64,000 nt of DNA from Spirochaetota bacterium (lineage in GTDB: Bacteria; Spirochaetota; UBA4802; UBA5550): positions 2,016,001-2,080,000 of the forward strand of contig OY760686.1 in the NCBI GenBank assembly GCA_963663865.1, written 5' to 3'. This document shows, in pieces, positions 1 through 9,834 of this stretch. The notes below the pieces were generated by a model. That model worked only from the letters and a program-made list of their open reading frames with translations. It was not told the DNA's origin and made no database searches. Every line of letters starts with the position of its first letter. Position 1 is the first letter of the stretch. Made by a program: the position numbers and the translations under genes.

Positions 1-163
1 CGTTGCCGCGGGGACATGCTCCATAAGCGGTGGGATATTCGCTGATTCAGTCAAGGTTGATCAATCCCCCGTAGAGAGGCTTTCGCCGGATCTGTACATT
101 CCAGGTTGCCCTGTTCACCCCCTGACTGTAATCAATGGAATTCTGGATCTCCTGGGCAGATAA
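1..163 (+). CDS. C-terminal fragment of a NuoB/HyfI/EchC-family small subunit (group 4 hydrogenase or complex I-like), truncated by window edge
   Basis: Not in ORF track. Frame starting at base 2 reads VAAGTCSISGGIF...PDLYIPGCPVHPLTVINGILDLLGR, stop TAA 161-163. GxC..GG and YIPGCP are family motifs. Confidence 0.8.
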   Translation, partial: VAAGTCSISGGIFADSVKVDQSPVERLSPDLYIPGCPVHPLTVINGILDLLGR

Positions 164-380
164 CTGAACATCTGTACTAATTGTATATTTTTTTGCAACC
201 CTTAGTCTTTTCATAGTGTCATAAGATGTGGAAAATGCAGGTCATATTTTTTCACATCCCTGCTCTTTGTGTACAGTTTTACAGCTCAATTTTTTATGTC
301 AGCACGTGTTTATAGTTTTCTTGACTTTTTATTGAGCTGCACAGACTCTAACATGTCAATACAACTCAAGGAAAGGTACA

Positions 381-971
381 ATGTCTGAACAAAAGAAATA
401 CATTGAGACAGTCTGGCATGGCCGCGGAGGCCAGGGCGCGATAACCGCCAGTCAGCTCATTGCCGACAGCGCCTATCATGAAGGATTCAAGGGAGTAACA
501 ACCGCCCCTTCCTTCGGCGCCGAGAGAAGAGGCGCCCCGGTTATGGCGTTTTTACGTCTCGCTGAAAATCCAATAAGGGTCTTTTCTCAGATTGACGAGC
601 CGGACATAGTCGTTGTGCTTGACCCGACTCTTCTTCCGGTAATCAGGCTTGAGGAACATCTAAAAGAAGAAACAACGGTCATCGTAAACACTACACATTC
701 GCCGGAACAAATCGGCCTTGGAAAGTTCAAAAAGGTAGGGACAGCTGACATAACAGCCATCGCCCTTCAAAACTCACTTGCAATCGCGGGTTCAGCCATA
801 CTCAATACCCCAATTTTGGGGGCCTTTTCAAAGACAACCGGGCTCGTGGGGCTTGAGTCAATCGAGGCGGCAATCATATCACGATTTGGCGAAAAGCGCG
901 GCCGCTTAAACGTAAAGGCTGCTGAAGAGGCTTATAACAGCACGACAATTCACAACAGGAGTAATGACTAA
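381..971 (+). CDS. porC: Pyruvate/2-oxoacid:ferredoxin oxidoreductase gamma subunit
   Basis: HGRGGQG and FGAERRGAPV motifs; first gene of a gamma-delta-alpha-beta operon. Confidence 0.9.
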   Translation: MSEQKKYIETVWHGRGGQGAITASQLIADSAYHEGFKGVTTAPSFGAERRGAPVMAFLRLAENPIRVFSQIDEPDIVVVLDPTLLPVIRLEEHLKEETTVIVNTTHSPEQIGLGKFKKVGTADITAIALQNSLAIAGSAILNTPILGAFSKTTGLVGLESIEAAIISRFGEKRGRLNVKAAEEAYNSTTIHNRSND

Positions 972-1273
972 TGGGAACCAGAAAATGCGGAGATATAGCC
1001 GCTTCATCAAAACCGGCAAAGGGCGAAGCCGGCCGTACAGGCGACTGGAGAGTGAAGTATCCCGTCATTGATACCGCGGTCTGCACTCCTTCAAAAACGG
1101 GCAAACCCTCATGCTTCATCTGCTGGATGTACTGTCCCGATGCGGTAATCACGCGGACAATCCCACCGACGATAGATCTGGAATACTGCAAGGGCTGCGG
1201 AATATGCGCTGAAGAATGCCCGACAAATGCTATTAAGATGATAACTGAAGGCGCGGAGGATGGAGAGAAATAA
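971..1273 (+). CDS. porD: Pyruvate/2-oxoacid:ferredoxin oxidoreductase delta subunit (2x[4Fe-4S])
   Basis: TGDWR..P, CxxCWMYCP and YCKGCGICAEECP motifs. Confidence 0.9.
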   Translation: MGTRKCGDIAASSKPAKGEAGRTGDWRVKYPVIDTAVCTPSKTGKPSCFICWMYCPDAVITRTIPPTIDLEYCKGCGICAEECPTNAIKMITEGAEDGEK

Positions 1274-2518
1274 ATGAAGAATCAAAACCTTTCAATTGAA
1301 AACAATACAGCAATCATGACTGCAAACCAGGCTGCCGCCTTCGGCGCGATGCTTTCGGGAGTACAGGTCGTGTCGGCCTATCCAATTACACCGCAGTCTC
1401 CAGTCGTTGAAAAGCTGATGGACTTCGTCTCAAAGGGAGAGATGAAGGCTGAGTTCGTAACCGTTGAAAGCGAGCACAGCGCTATAACTGTCTGTATTTC
1501 CGCAAGCGCCGTAGGAGCAAGGGTCTTCACTGCAAGCTGCGCCAACGGCCTTGCTTTGATGCACGAAATGCTTCACTGGGCGGCAGGCACAAGGCTGCCT
1601 ATAGTAATGGCGATACCAAACAGAGGAATGTCCGCACCGTGGACCATACTGAACGACCAGCAGGACAGTATATCGCAGCGTGACACCGGATGGATGCAGT
1701 TCTACTGCAGGAACTCACAGGAAGTTCTGGACACTATCATTATGGCCTACCGCATAGCCGAAGAGGTAAAGGTTCCAGTCATGGTCTGTTATGACGGTTA
1801 CCTTCTATCCCACACAATGATGCCTGTCACTCTTCCGGCAACATCAGACGTCAAAGCCTTTCTGCCGGACTATGTGCCGCACACCATACTCGATCCTTCC
1901 GATCCAAGGAACATCAACCCGGTAACCCTCGCTGAACCGAGAGCGGATTCTGAAGGAACCAGTTCACACGGTTATTACGAATTCAGATACCTCCTTCAGG
2001 AAGCACAGCTTAAAGCTCTTGAAACCGGGAAAAAGGTTTTTGGCGATTTCGCCTCTTCGTTCGGAAGAGAATACAGTATTGTAGACAGCTATCTGTGCGA
2101 AGACGCGGACATAGTGGCTGTAGGTCTTGGCAGCATTGCAAGCGAGGCTATGGACGCGGCTGATATGCTGAGAAATGAAGGCATTAAGGCCGGCGTAATG
2201 CATATCAGAATGTACAGGCCCTTCCCCACGGAGCTTCTCGCCGAAGAGATTGCAAAATCCGGATGCAAGGGAGCTGTCGTCCTTGAGAAGAGCCTGAGCT
2301 ATGGCTACGAGGGCGCTCTGAGCAGCGACGTTAAGGCAGCGCTTTTCGACAGCGGTTCAGACGTTTTTGTTCACTCATACATGATGAGCCTTGGAGGCCG
2401 CGATGTTAAGGCAAAGGATATAGCCTCGGCCTTAAAAAAAAGCCTTCCATACATTGGATGTCCGGCGTCAGAAAGACGCAAGCCAATGGAGTGGATAAAC
2501 TGCCGCATAGATGACTGA
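1274..2518 (+). CDS. porA: Pyruvate/2-oxoacid:ferredoxin oxidoreductase alpha subunit
   Basis: AYPITP, VESEHSA, GARVFTA and RDTGW motifs; exact 2-oxoacid substrate cannot be determined by eye. Confidence 0.9.
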   Translation: MKNQNLSIENNTAIMTANQAAAFGAMLSGVQVVSAYPITPQSPVVEKLMDFVSKGEMKAEFVTVESEHSAITVCISASAVGARVFTASCANGLALMHEMLHWAAGTRLPIVMAIPNRGMSAPWTILNDQQDSISQRDTGWMQFYCRNSQEVLDTIIMAYRIAEEVKVPVMVCYDGYLLSHTMMPVTLPATSDVKAFLPDYVPHTILDPSDPRNINPVTLAEPRADSEGTSSHGYYEFRYLLQEAQLKALETGKKVFGDFASSFGREYSIVDSYLCEDADIVAVGLGSIASEAMDAADMLRNEGIKAGVMHIRMYRPFPTELLAEEIAKSGCKGAVVLEKSLSYGYEGALSSDVKAALFDSGSDVFVHSYMMSLGGRDVKAKDIASALKKSLPYIGCPASERRKPMEWINCRIDD

Positions 2519-3443
2519 AATGGACAGGAAGAATGATATGACTGAAAAAACAACACCGCTAACTATAACAGATAGAGAATATGCGCTTCCGGGAAACAGG
2601 GCATGTACCGGCTGCGGACTGGCGCTCTCATACAGGCACGGACTCAAGGGGCTTGGTGAAAAAACCATACTTACCGTTCCGGCCTGCTGCCTTACTGTTC
2701 TCCAGGGAATGTATCCGATATCTTCCATGACAGTGCCCTGCCTGAATACCGCATTCGAAACAACCGCTGCTTCTGCAGCCGGCATAAGGGCCGGTCTTGA
2801 CGCACTCGGCAAAAAAGATGTAACCGTCGTGGGATGGGCCGGTGACGGCGGCACCGCCGACATTGGAATTCAGGCGCTTTCAGGTGCCGCGGAGCGTAAT
2901 ACAGACATAATATATGTCTGCTATGATAACGAAGCCTACATGAACACCGGAACTCAAAAATCGGGAAGCACCCCTTTTGGAGCGAGAACATCAACAACTG
3001 TTGACGGAAAAATTGGGCACAAGAAGGATATGCCCCGCATCATGGCCGCGCATGATATTCCATACATCGCTACGGTATCTCCGTCATATCCAATGCAGCT
3101 ACACGATATTTTCAAAAAGGCCGTCGATATTAAAGGCACCCGCTACATCCATATTCTCGTTCCCTGCCCTCCGGGCTGGGGATACTCGCCTGAGCTGACC
3201 GTCAAAATGGGCAAAATGGCTGTTGAATGCGGAATGTTCGACCTTTACGAAATAGAAAACGGTAATTTCTCATTTTACGGCCCTTCAAAGCGCATTGCGG
3301 AAAAGGGCGGCAGAAAACCAGTGGACGAATATCTGAAACTGCAATCAAGGTTTTCCGGAATAACCGATGATACCATTTCTGAACTACAGCATTGGGTTGA
3401 CAGAAAATGGGATTCGTACCGCGAGATGGGATGCTCAAAATGA
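2511..3443 (+). CDS. porB: Pyruvate/2-oxoacid:ferredoxin oxidoreductase beta subunit (TPP-binding)
   Basis: ACTGCG, AGDGGTADIG, DNEAYMNTG and PCPPGW motifs. Confidence 0.9.
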   Translation: MTEMDRKNDMTEKTTPLTITDREYALPGNRACTGCGLALSYRHGLKGLGEKTILTVPACCLTVLQGMYPISSMTVPCLNTAFETTAASAAGIRAGLDALGKKDVTVVGWAGDGGTADIGIQALSGAAERNTDIIYVCYDNEAYMNTGTQKSGSTPFGARTSTTVDGKIGHKKDMPRIMAAHDIPYIATVSPSYPMQLHDIFKKAVDIKGTRYIHILVPCPPGWGYSPELTVKMGKMAVECGMFDLYEIENGNFSFYGPSKRIAEKGGRKPVDEYLKLQSRFSGITDDTISELQHWVDRKWDSYREMGCSK

Positions 3444-4381
3444 AGAAAATATTCGGTATAACACTTTCTCTGCTTTTAGCAGCCGCGGCTGCTGAAGCGG
3501 AGAATGTGTATCATCGCCAGAAACTGATTCAGGACAGCGCTGTTCAGAAGCAAAAGGATTCTGACGCTCAGATCCGCGACGAGCTCAGAAAAAAGATGAA
3601 AAAGTTCATCTCCGGTATTAACGGTAAAATATCCGACACGGGCACTAAAATAACAGATCCGGTCAATCCTGATGACGCTACCGATATAAACGATAACGAT
3701 CACCGACACTCCTCCGAAGTCATAGTCCCGGTATATGCATTTTCCAGTACAGACAGCCTGAATCTCAGATCTGAGTCAAACAGCAGTTCCACAATAGTTG
3801 GAAAACTTAAATTCGCCGAAAAAGTTATGGTAACAGGGAAGACCGACGACACTCAGAAAATATCAGGCAAAACCGCCCCATGGCTTCTTGTACGCAAAGA
3901 TGACGGCAGTGAAGGCTGGGCATTCGGCGGTTTTTTGCAGAGCACACTCCCGCAAAAAAGCGGCGGCGATGAGGAGTCTATCGGTGGAAGTCAGCTTCTC
4001 AAGATACCAGTGGAAGGCAGAATATCAAGCAGATACGGCACAAGGGTTCACCCGGTTACTAAGAGAAAAAACAGCTTTCACAAGGGCATTGATATTGCTG
4101 CTCCGTCAGGAACCCCTGTTTCAGCGGCCGCTCAGGGGCTTGTAGTAAAAGCCGAGTACAACAGAAACGGCTACGGCAATCTTGTTGTTATTCAGCACGC
4201 CAATGAACTTGCAACGTATTACGGGCATCTTTCAAAAATACTTGTAAAGAAGGGCCAGCGAGTCAGCAGGTCACAGCTAGTAGGCAAAGTCGGAGCAACA
4301 GGCGTCGCGACAGGCCCGCATCTTCATTTCGAAGTAAGGAGAGGCGGGAACCCGGTCGACCCCGATGAGTTCATCCGCTGA
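3440..4381 (+). CDS. Secreted SH3b-domain plus M23 metallopeptidase
   Basis: Likely ATG at 3440 (ATGA overlap with porB stop); signal peptide MKKIFGITLSLLLAAAAAEA; SH3-like LNLR..W segment; M23 motifs HKGID, YGHL, HLHFE. Confidence 0.85.
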   Translation: MKKIFGITLSLLLAAAAAEAENVYHRQKLIQDSAVQKQKDSDAQIRDELRKKMKKFISGINGKISDTGTKITDPVNPDDATDINDNDHRHSSEVIVPVYAFSSTDSLNLRSESNSSSTIVGKLKFAEKVMVTGKTDDTQKISGKTAPWLLVRKDDGSEGWAFGGFLQSTLPQKSGGDEESIGGSQLLKIPVEGRISSRYGTRVHPVTKRKNSFHKGIDIAAPSGTPVSAAAQGLVVKAEYNRNGYGNLVVIQHANELATYYGHLSKILVKKGQRVSRSQLVGKVGATGVATGPHLHFEVRRGGNPVDPDEFIR

Positions 4382-4450
4382 TCACTGACCAAATAAAACA
4401 ATGCTGCTTAATTAAAACTTGATTTTTACGGTACAGTTTTGAATATATAC

Positions 4451-4473
4451 AGGATGCCTCAGGGCATCCTTTT
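4451..4473 (+). terminator. Perfect 8-bp inverted repeat: intrinsic terminator or operator upstream of parA
   Basis: AGGATGCC-TCAG-GGCATCCT followed by TTT. Confidence 0.5.
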
Positions 4474-4496
4474 GCATTAAAACTTCCGGGGGGAAA

Positions 4497-5249
4497 ATGC
4501 GGGTAATTGCAATCTCAAATAATAAAGGCGGTGTTGGAAAAACAACCAGCACTGTAAACATAGCAGCGTCTCTTCAGAAGTTCGACCGGAAGGTTTTAGT
4601 TATAGATATTGACCATCAGGCGCAGACAACTTACCACTTCGGAATAAATCCTAAGGAAATCGAACACAGCATCTTCGAAGTTCTTAAGGGTGAGCTATCC
4701 TTCGAGGACATTTTAATCGACAGAAAGGGAATTCACATACTGCCCGCGCGGCCCGACCTTAAGGATCTCGATTTTCTCCCGTTTCCGGCAAAGGAGTTTC
4801 TCCTGAAAGAAGCGATGGAAAAGATCAAGGATTATGACTATGTACTGATAGACTGCCCTCCTTCGCTCGGCATTCTGACTCTAAACGCGCTTACCTTTGC
4901 AACTGAGATTTTTGTTCCCCTGCAGCTGCAATTTCTTCCGTTTCACGGCATGTACAACCTCTTCGAAGGGGTTCAGATGGTAAAGAAAAGACTCAATAAG
5001 GACATTGAGATTACCGGAATAATCGGAACTATGTACAATTCGAGTAAAAGCATAAACAAGGAAGTTATTCTGGAAACTGAATCAAGGCTGCCGGGCAAGC
5101 TGTTTAAAACCATAATCAGAGAGAACGTTTCCCTGCAGGAGGCGCCAAGCTGGGGACAGACTATTTTTGAATACCGTCCGGACAGCAACGGCGCAACAGA
5201 CTACATGAATCTCACAAAGGAGATAATTGAACTTGAAGGGGCTGTTTAA
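4497..5249 (+). CDS. parA: ParA/Soj family ATPase (no adjacent parB)
   Basis: Deviant Walker A KGGVGKTT, DxDx[17 protein letters not shown]. Confidence 0.9.
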   Translation: MRVIAISNNKGGVGKTTSTVNIAASLQKFDRKVLVIDIDHQAQTTYHFGINPKEIEHSIFEVLKGELSFEDILIDRKGIHILPARPDLKDLDFLPFPAKEFLLKEAMEKIKDYDYVLIDCPPSLGILTLNALTFATEIFVPLQLQFLPFHGMYNLFEGVQMVKKRLNKDIEITGIIGTMYNSSKSINKEVILETESRLPGKLFKTIIRENVSLQEAPSWGQTIFEYRPDSNGATDYMNLTKEIIELEGAV

Positions 5250-5695
5250 TTATCACTGCTTTTAAAATGAATCAGCGCTCTCAGTCCGAGCATATATGAA
5301 TAAGCCCCGAATCCTGAAATCTGCCCTATGCAGACAGGCGCTATCATGGATTTGCTTCTGAACTCCTCCCGCGAGTGCACATTGGAAAGATGGACCTCAA
5401 CCGCGGTAATCCTTACAGCAGAAATAGCATCGCGTATGGCGATTGAGGTGTGGGTGTAAGCCCCGGGATTTATCAACAAGCCGTCTGCTCCCCTGTTCGC
5501 ATGGATAAAATCAATTAAATCACCCTCAGAATTGCTCTGATAAAAGACTATGTCAATCCCCTCCTTGGCGGCGATCTCCATAAGTTCATCGTTTATGGAA
5601 TTTAAATCCCTGCTGCCGTAAACCGATGGTTCCCTCTCTCCAAGCAGGTTCAAGTTTGGCCCGTTTACAACAGCTATTCTTATTTTCCTTCTCAA
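5246..5695 (-). CDS. aroQ: Type II 3-dehydroquinate dehydratase
   Basis: [32 protein letters not shown]; probable TTG start at 5695 behind AAGGTGA. Confidence 0.95.
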   Translation of the reverse strand: MRRKIRIAVVNGPNLNLLGEREPSVYGSRDLNSINDELMEIAAKEGIDIVFYQSNSEGDLIDFIHANRGADGLLINPGAYTHTSIAIRDAISAVRITAVEVHLSNVHSREEFRSKSMIAPVCIGQISGFGAYSYMLGLRALIHFKSSDN

Positions 5696-5696
5696 T

Positions 5697-8558
5697 CTAA
5701 TCACCTTTTTTATTCTCTTCGTCAATTCCGGAAGCGCTTGAAAAGCTGTTGAAACCGTAGTGTTCCAGCAGATTCAAAGCCTGGACATTGTAGAATCGCG
5801 CCCTCGGGCCGTAAGCCACATCATTGAGAAGGCGCTCAGACTCTTTCTTCTTATCGTCATCATAATAAAGGATTGCAAGCTGAATTTTTGCCCTGTATGA
5901 GTACTCAGAGTCAGCGTCTAATTCTATAATGTCATTGAAGTACTTCTCAGCCTGCGCTCTGTTTCTGTTTACGAGAAGGCTGATTACTCCGAGATAATAT
6001 CCTGCTTCTACCGCGTGAGCGCTTTCGGCCCTGAACGCGATAATGAAGTAGCGGTATGCGGTAGAGTATCTTCCGTTTTGATACTGCATTTTACCATTCA
6101 TAAAGGCAATATAATAGCTGCTGTCCTCATATCGCTTCATGTAGCCGGCAAAAAGCCTGAAATTCCTGAAATCATTTACTGAATAGTAATATTCAATGCT
6201 GGCCTTTACGGCATCTTCGCCAAATTCTGTTTTCAGGATGCTGTTTATATCTTTACCGGTAATTTCAATCGCCGCCGCAGGTTCGGAAACCTTAAAATAA
6301 GACACAACCAGCAGTGCATTTTTGGATGGTCTTACTGAAGGCGATTTGACATCCTTGAGCTTTTCAATAGCTTCTCTGAATCTGTTTCTTGAAATAAGCA
6401 CCCTTGCAAACTCAAGGCGGGAGTGATCAGCGTACTCAGCACCGGGATATCTAACCGTAATTTCTGAATATATGGAAAGAGCTTCATCCGAGTTTCCCTT
6501 TTTCAGGTAGTATGAAGCGACCGCGAACATGGCCTTTGAATAGAGCTCAGGATCATCTAAAAAGCCCTGTATCAGCCTTTCTGCTGTCTGTATATCGCCG
6601 ACTTCCGCGGATGATAATGCGAACATAAACTGAAGGTTTTTATCCTCCCCGCCATTATTGATAATAGAAAACTGATTGTACGCCTCTTCGTACCTTTCCA
6701 GTTTGTAATATGATTCGGCTGTCATCCTTATCGCGGACTTCCACTGAGCCTCATCCATTGGAGGTTTTTTTTCGGGCCGATCCATCTCAGAAGCCAGCTC
6801 TTCATAACGCTTTAACTCAAACAGAGCGGTCAGCCTTCTATAAAATGCCCGGCCCCTCATACTGCTTTCATTCCCTGAGAGATAACGCTTATAGTAATCT
6901 TCGGCCCTGGCATATTTTCTTGCAGCCATTGCCTCTTCCGCGTATCGGTAGTAAATGAGATATGCCGGACGTGTCCCGGAATAACTCTTTAGTATTAAAT
7001 CAACGTATTTTTGAGCCTTAATTCCCTTATCCATCAAGGCAAGGGCGTATGAATAAATTGTGTTTTCCGTTCCTTTTTCGCCGGAGTGATACCTGATTAT
7101 GTAGTCAACAGCATCGCCTGCCCTTTTCAGGTCTCCGCTTCTTATATAGGATTCAGCCAGCATAGCTCTGGCCTGGAATTCTCTCTGAATATCTTTTTCT
7201 TTCAGATAAGCGGTAAATGTGGAAGCGGCAGAGCTGTACTCTCCTTTCTTGAAAGAAGCGATTCCAAGATAATACTCCGACTCGACATTGTATGGGGAAA
7301 AAGGATTATCAGTCTTAATCTTACGAAATACATCAACCGCGCTGTCGTGATCGCCCCTTTCGAGATGAATTCGACCGATTAAAAATGAGACTTCATCATA
7401 CCTCTTGTCAAAAGGAAACTTTTCCCTGAACGTCTTTAAAACGCCTTCTGCCTCAACCAGCCTTCCGGCTTCAATATACGCCCTTCCGAGAAGAAGAAGA
7501 AGACCGCTGTCTTCTGCCGCTGCCGCGTTCCCCTCTAAAATATCAATCGCCTTTTTGGGGCCGCTTTCGATATAGATTGCAGCGAGCTGTCTCAGGGCAG
7601 TAAGAACGAGTTCACTGTCCCCTGCCTGAGACCTGACTTCCTCAAGAAGCTCAATCCCTCTGCCGGATGAATCCTTTTCCTCCATGTAAAGCATCGCGAG
7701 GCGGTACAGACCGTGATAGTACCATCTGGATGTTTTTTCCCCCTGAACAAATGCCTCAAGAAGGGTTCGGGCATTTCTCATCTGCCCGGACTCTATCAGG
7801 GAAAGCGCCTTGAAGTAATTGACCTCGTTAAAAGCAGGATCACGGGCAATATTCCGCGATATTCCGTTAAGAAGTATCAGCGCTCTCGCGTGGTTACCCG
7901 TCTGCTGGTGTATCCTCGCCGCTGCGATTCTTGCCCTTGCCGAGGTATTCTGACTGACCGTAGACGTAAGAACCGGATTTATCCTCTCAAGGGCCTTCTC
8001 GTATTCCTTGCCGGAAAGAAGAAGCTCTGATATTCTGACAACCCGCATCGCGTTACGTTCTCTGTCAGTAGACTTTTTTATAGCCTCTTCGAGTTCAATT
8101 ACCGCTTCATCATATCTCTTCTGGTCGGAATATATCGCAGCTATTCTATCATGGGCGGATGATGACCTTTCTGAGTCAGAGGACCTGGATATGTATCTTC
8201 TAAACTCTTCAATTGACTTTATATATTCGTTCTGATAATAGTAAGCCTCTGCTATCCAGTACCTTGACTCAATACAGAGATCAGCTGTTCTACATTTGTT
8301 CAGATAGCTGCTGAATTCATATATTGAGGAACGATAATTCTTCTGTTCATAGATTGATCTCGCGAAATAGAACCAGGCCCGGTCGGCAAACTCGTCATCA
8401 TTAAGATCAAGCACACGGCGGAACAAAAGCTCAGATGAGCCGAAATTACCCGACCTGAACGCTTCCATACCCTGCTCAAAAAGCGCTCTCCCTCCGTTTG
8501 AGGAGTAAAGCGCCGCGCTGCAGCAAAATATGATTATTGTTATTACAATTTTCTTCAT
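5697..8558 (-). CDS. Large exported tetratricopeptide-repeat protein (BamD/CpoB-like repeats)
   Basis: 953 aa; hydrophobic N-terminus ending in FCC; many TPR-like helical repeats with ..YP/FP..Y turns. Confidence 0.8.
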   Translation of the reverse strand: MKKIVITIIIFCCSAALYSSNGGRALFEQGMEAFRSGNFGSSELLFRRVLDLNDDEFADRAWFYFARSIYEQKNYRSSIYEFSSYLNKCRTADLCIESRYWIAEAYYYQNEYIKSIEEFRRYISRSSDSERSSSAHDRIAAIYSDQKRYDEAVIELEEAIKKSTDRERNAMRVVRISELLLSGKEYEKALERINPVLTSTVSQNTSARARIAAARIHQQTGNHARALILLNGISRNIARDPAFNEVNYFKALSLIESGQMRNARTLLEAFVQGEKTSRWYYHGLYRLAMLYMEEKDSSGRGIELLEEVRSQAGDSELVLTALRQLAAIYIESGPKKAIDILEGNAAAAEDSGLLLLLGRAYIEAGRLVEAEGVLKTFREKFPFDKRYDEVSFLIGRIHLERGDHDSAVDVFRKIKTDNPFSPYNVESEYYLGIASFKKGEYSSAASTFTAYLKEKDIQREFQARAMLAESYIRSGDLKRAGDAVDYIIRYHSGEKGTENTIYSYALALMDKGIKAQKYVDLILKSYSGTRPAYLIYYRYAEEAMAARKYARAEDYYKRYLSGNESSMRGRAFYRRLTALFELKRYEELASEMDRPEKKPPMDEAQWKSAIRMTAESYYKLERYEEAYNQFSIINNGGEDKNLQFMFALSSAEVGDIQTAERLIQGFLDDPELYSKAMFAVASYYLKKGNSDEALSIYSEITVRYPGAEYADHSRLEFARVLISRNRFREAIEKLKDVKSPSVRPSKNALLVVSYFKVSEPAAAIEITGKDINSILKTEFGEDAVKASIEYYYSVNDFRNFRLFAGYMKRYEDSSYYIAFMNGKMQYQNGRYSTAYRYFIIAFRAESAHAVEAGYYLGVISLLVNRNRAQAEKYFNDIIELDADSEYSYRAKIQLAILYYDDDKKKESERLLNDVAYGPRARFYNVQALNLLEHYGFNSFSSASGIDEENKKGD

Positions 8559-8604
8559 TGTTTTCTAAAGGTTATGTATTTAAGATATGACAGCATCGTG
8601 AGGC

Positions 8605-9834
8605 TCAAAGTCTCCTGAGATATCTTCGCAGATAATCAACAGCCGTGACAGCGCTCCTCTCCCTTACTCTGTCTCTGCTCCCGGAAAACAGCCTCTGAAA
8701 TGTCTCAGCCTTTCCGTCCGCGTGAAAACCGAACCACACTGTTCCAACAGGCTTATCCTGAGTGCCTCCGCCCGGGCCCGCAATCCCCGTTACAGACAGA
8801 GCTATATCTGCACCAAAAACAGACCTTGCTCTTACAGCCATTGCTTCCGCCGTTTCACTGCTAACCGCACCGCAAGATTCAACGGTGCCCGCGGGTACTC
8901 CCAGGACCTCAATCTTTGAGGCATTTGAGTACGTTACCGCGCCTCCATTGAAAACAGCTGAGGCGCCGGGAATATCGGTAATTCTGCTTGAAATAAGCCC
9001 CCCGGTACAGGACTCAGCCACTGAAAGCTGTAAACCGTGCCTGCGAAGTAAATTAACGGCTTCCATCTGAGGACTTTCTGACTCCCGTAGAAGCATGTCA
9101 ATGCCGAAATTAGCAGAGGCTTCATCGTAAATAGATTCAGAGTCAATATCAGATCCCTTTTGCGATAGAAAAGAAAGTGTACAGACCCCTGATTCAGCCG
9201 TTATCCCCCATATTATATCATCAGAAACCGATTTCATAGCAACGATTTTATTATCAATTTCTCGCTCGGTAAGTCCGCACAGACGAAGCTCGAGTGCTTT
9301 TCTACGCTTCAGACCATATTTCTCTTCAAGATAGGGAATAAGCCTCCGCTTCAGCATGGCCTCCATCTCGTGAGGAACCCCGGGCATCGCCGCGAAAATC
9401 TTTCCGTTTCTTTCAATCAAGAATCCAGGCGCCATACCCGCGTCGTTTTTCAGTACATATGAGCCGGCGGGCACATCCGCCATTCTGTTCCCCTCAACAT
9501 CAGGCTCCCTGCCGACAGAGACCAGGAACCTTCTGAGGGACTCAAGGGCGCCTTCGTCGGTGACGATACCGGTTTGAAAAATCTCTGCCGCGGTCACCAC
9601 TGTTCTGTCGTCCTCTGTCGGCCCGAGGCCTCCGGTCATAATGACCGTATCATATTTATCAAGTGCCTCTCTTATTGTCCTTTCAAGATCGCCCGGATTG
9701 TCGCTGACCGTAACATGATCTCTGACCCTGAAATCAGTAGCATACAGTTCCCTGCTGATAACTGAGCTGTTTGTGTCGGTTTTCCGGCCGCTAATAAGCT
9801 CGCTTCCCGACGAAATAACCCTCACCGATCTCAT
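8605..9834 (-). CDS. cinA: CinA family protein (molybdopterin-binding-like domain plus NMN deamidase/PncC domain)
   Basis: GxEL..G..TDTN, TGGLGPT.DD.T, PGVP.EM, AESCTGG, TGIAGPGGG. Confidence 0.9.
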   Translation of the reverse strand: MRSVRVISSGSELISGRKTDTNSSVISRELYATDFRVRDHVTVSDNPGDLERTIREALDKYDTVIMTGGLGPTEDDRTVVTAAEIFQTGIVTDEGALESLRRFLVSVGREPDVEGNRMADVPAGSYVLKNDAGMAPGFLIERNGKIFAAMPGVPHEMEAMLKRRLIPYLEEKYGLKRRKALELRLCGLTEREIDNKIVAMKSVSDDIIWGITAESGVCTLSFLSQKGSDIDSESIYDEASANFGIDMLLRESESPQMEAVNLLRRHGLQLSVAESCTGGLISSRITDIPGASAVFNGGAVTYSNASKIEVLGVPAGTVESCGAVSSETAEAMAVRARSVFGADIALSVTGIAGPGGGTQDKPVGTVWFGFHADGKAETFQRLFSGSRDRVRERSAVTAVDYLRRYLRRL

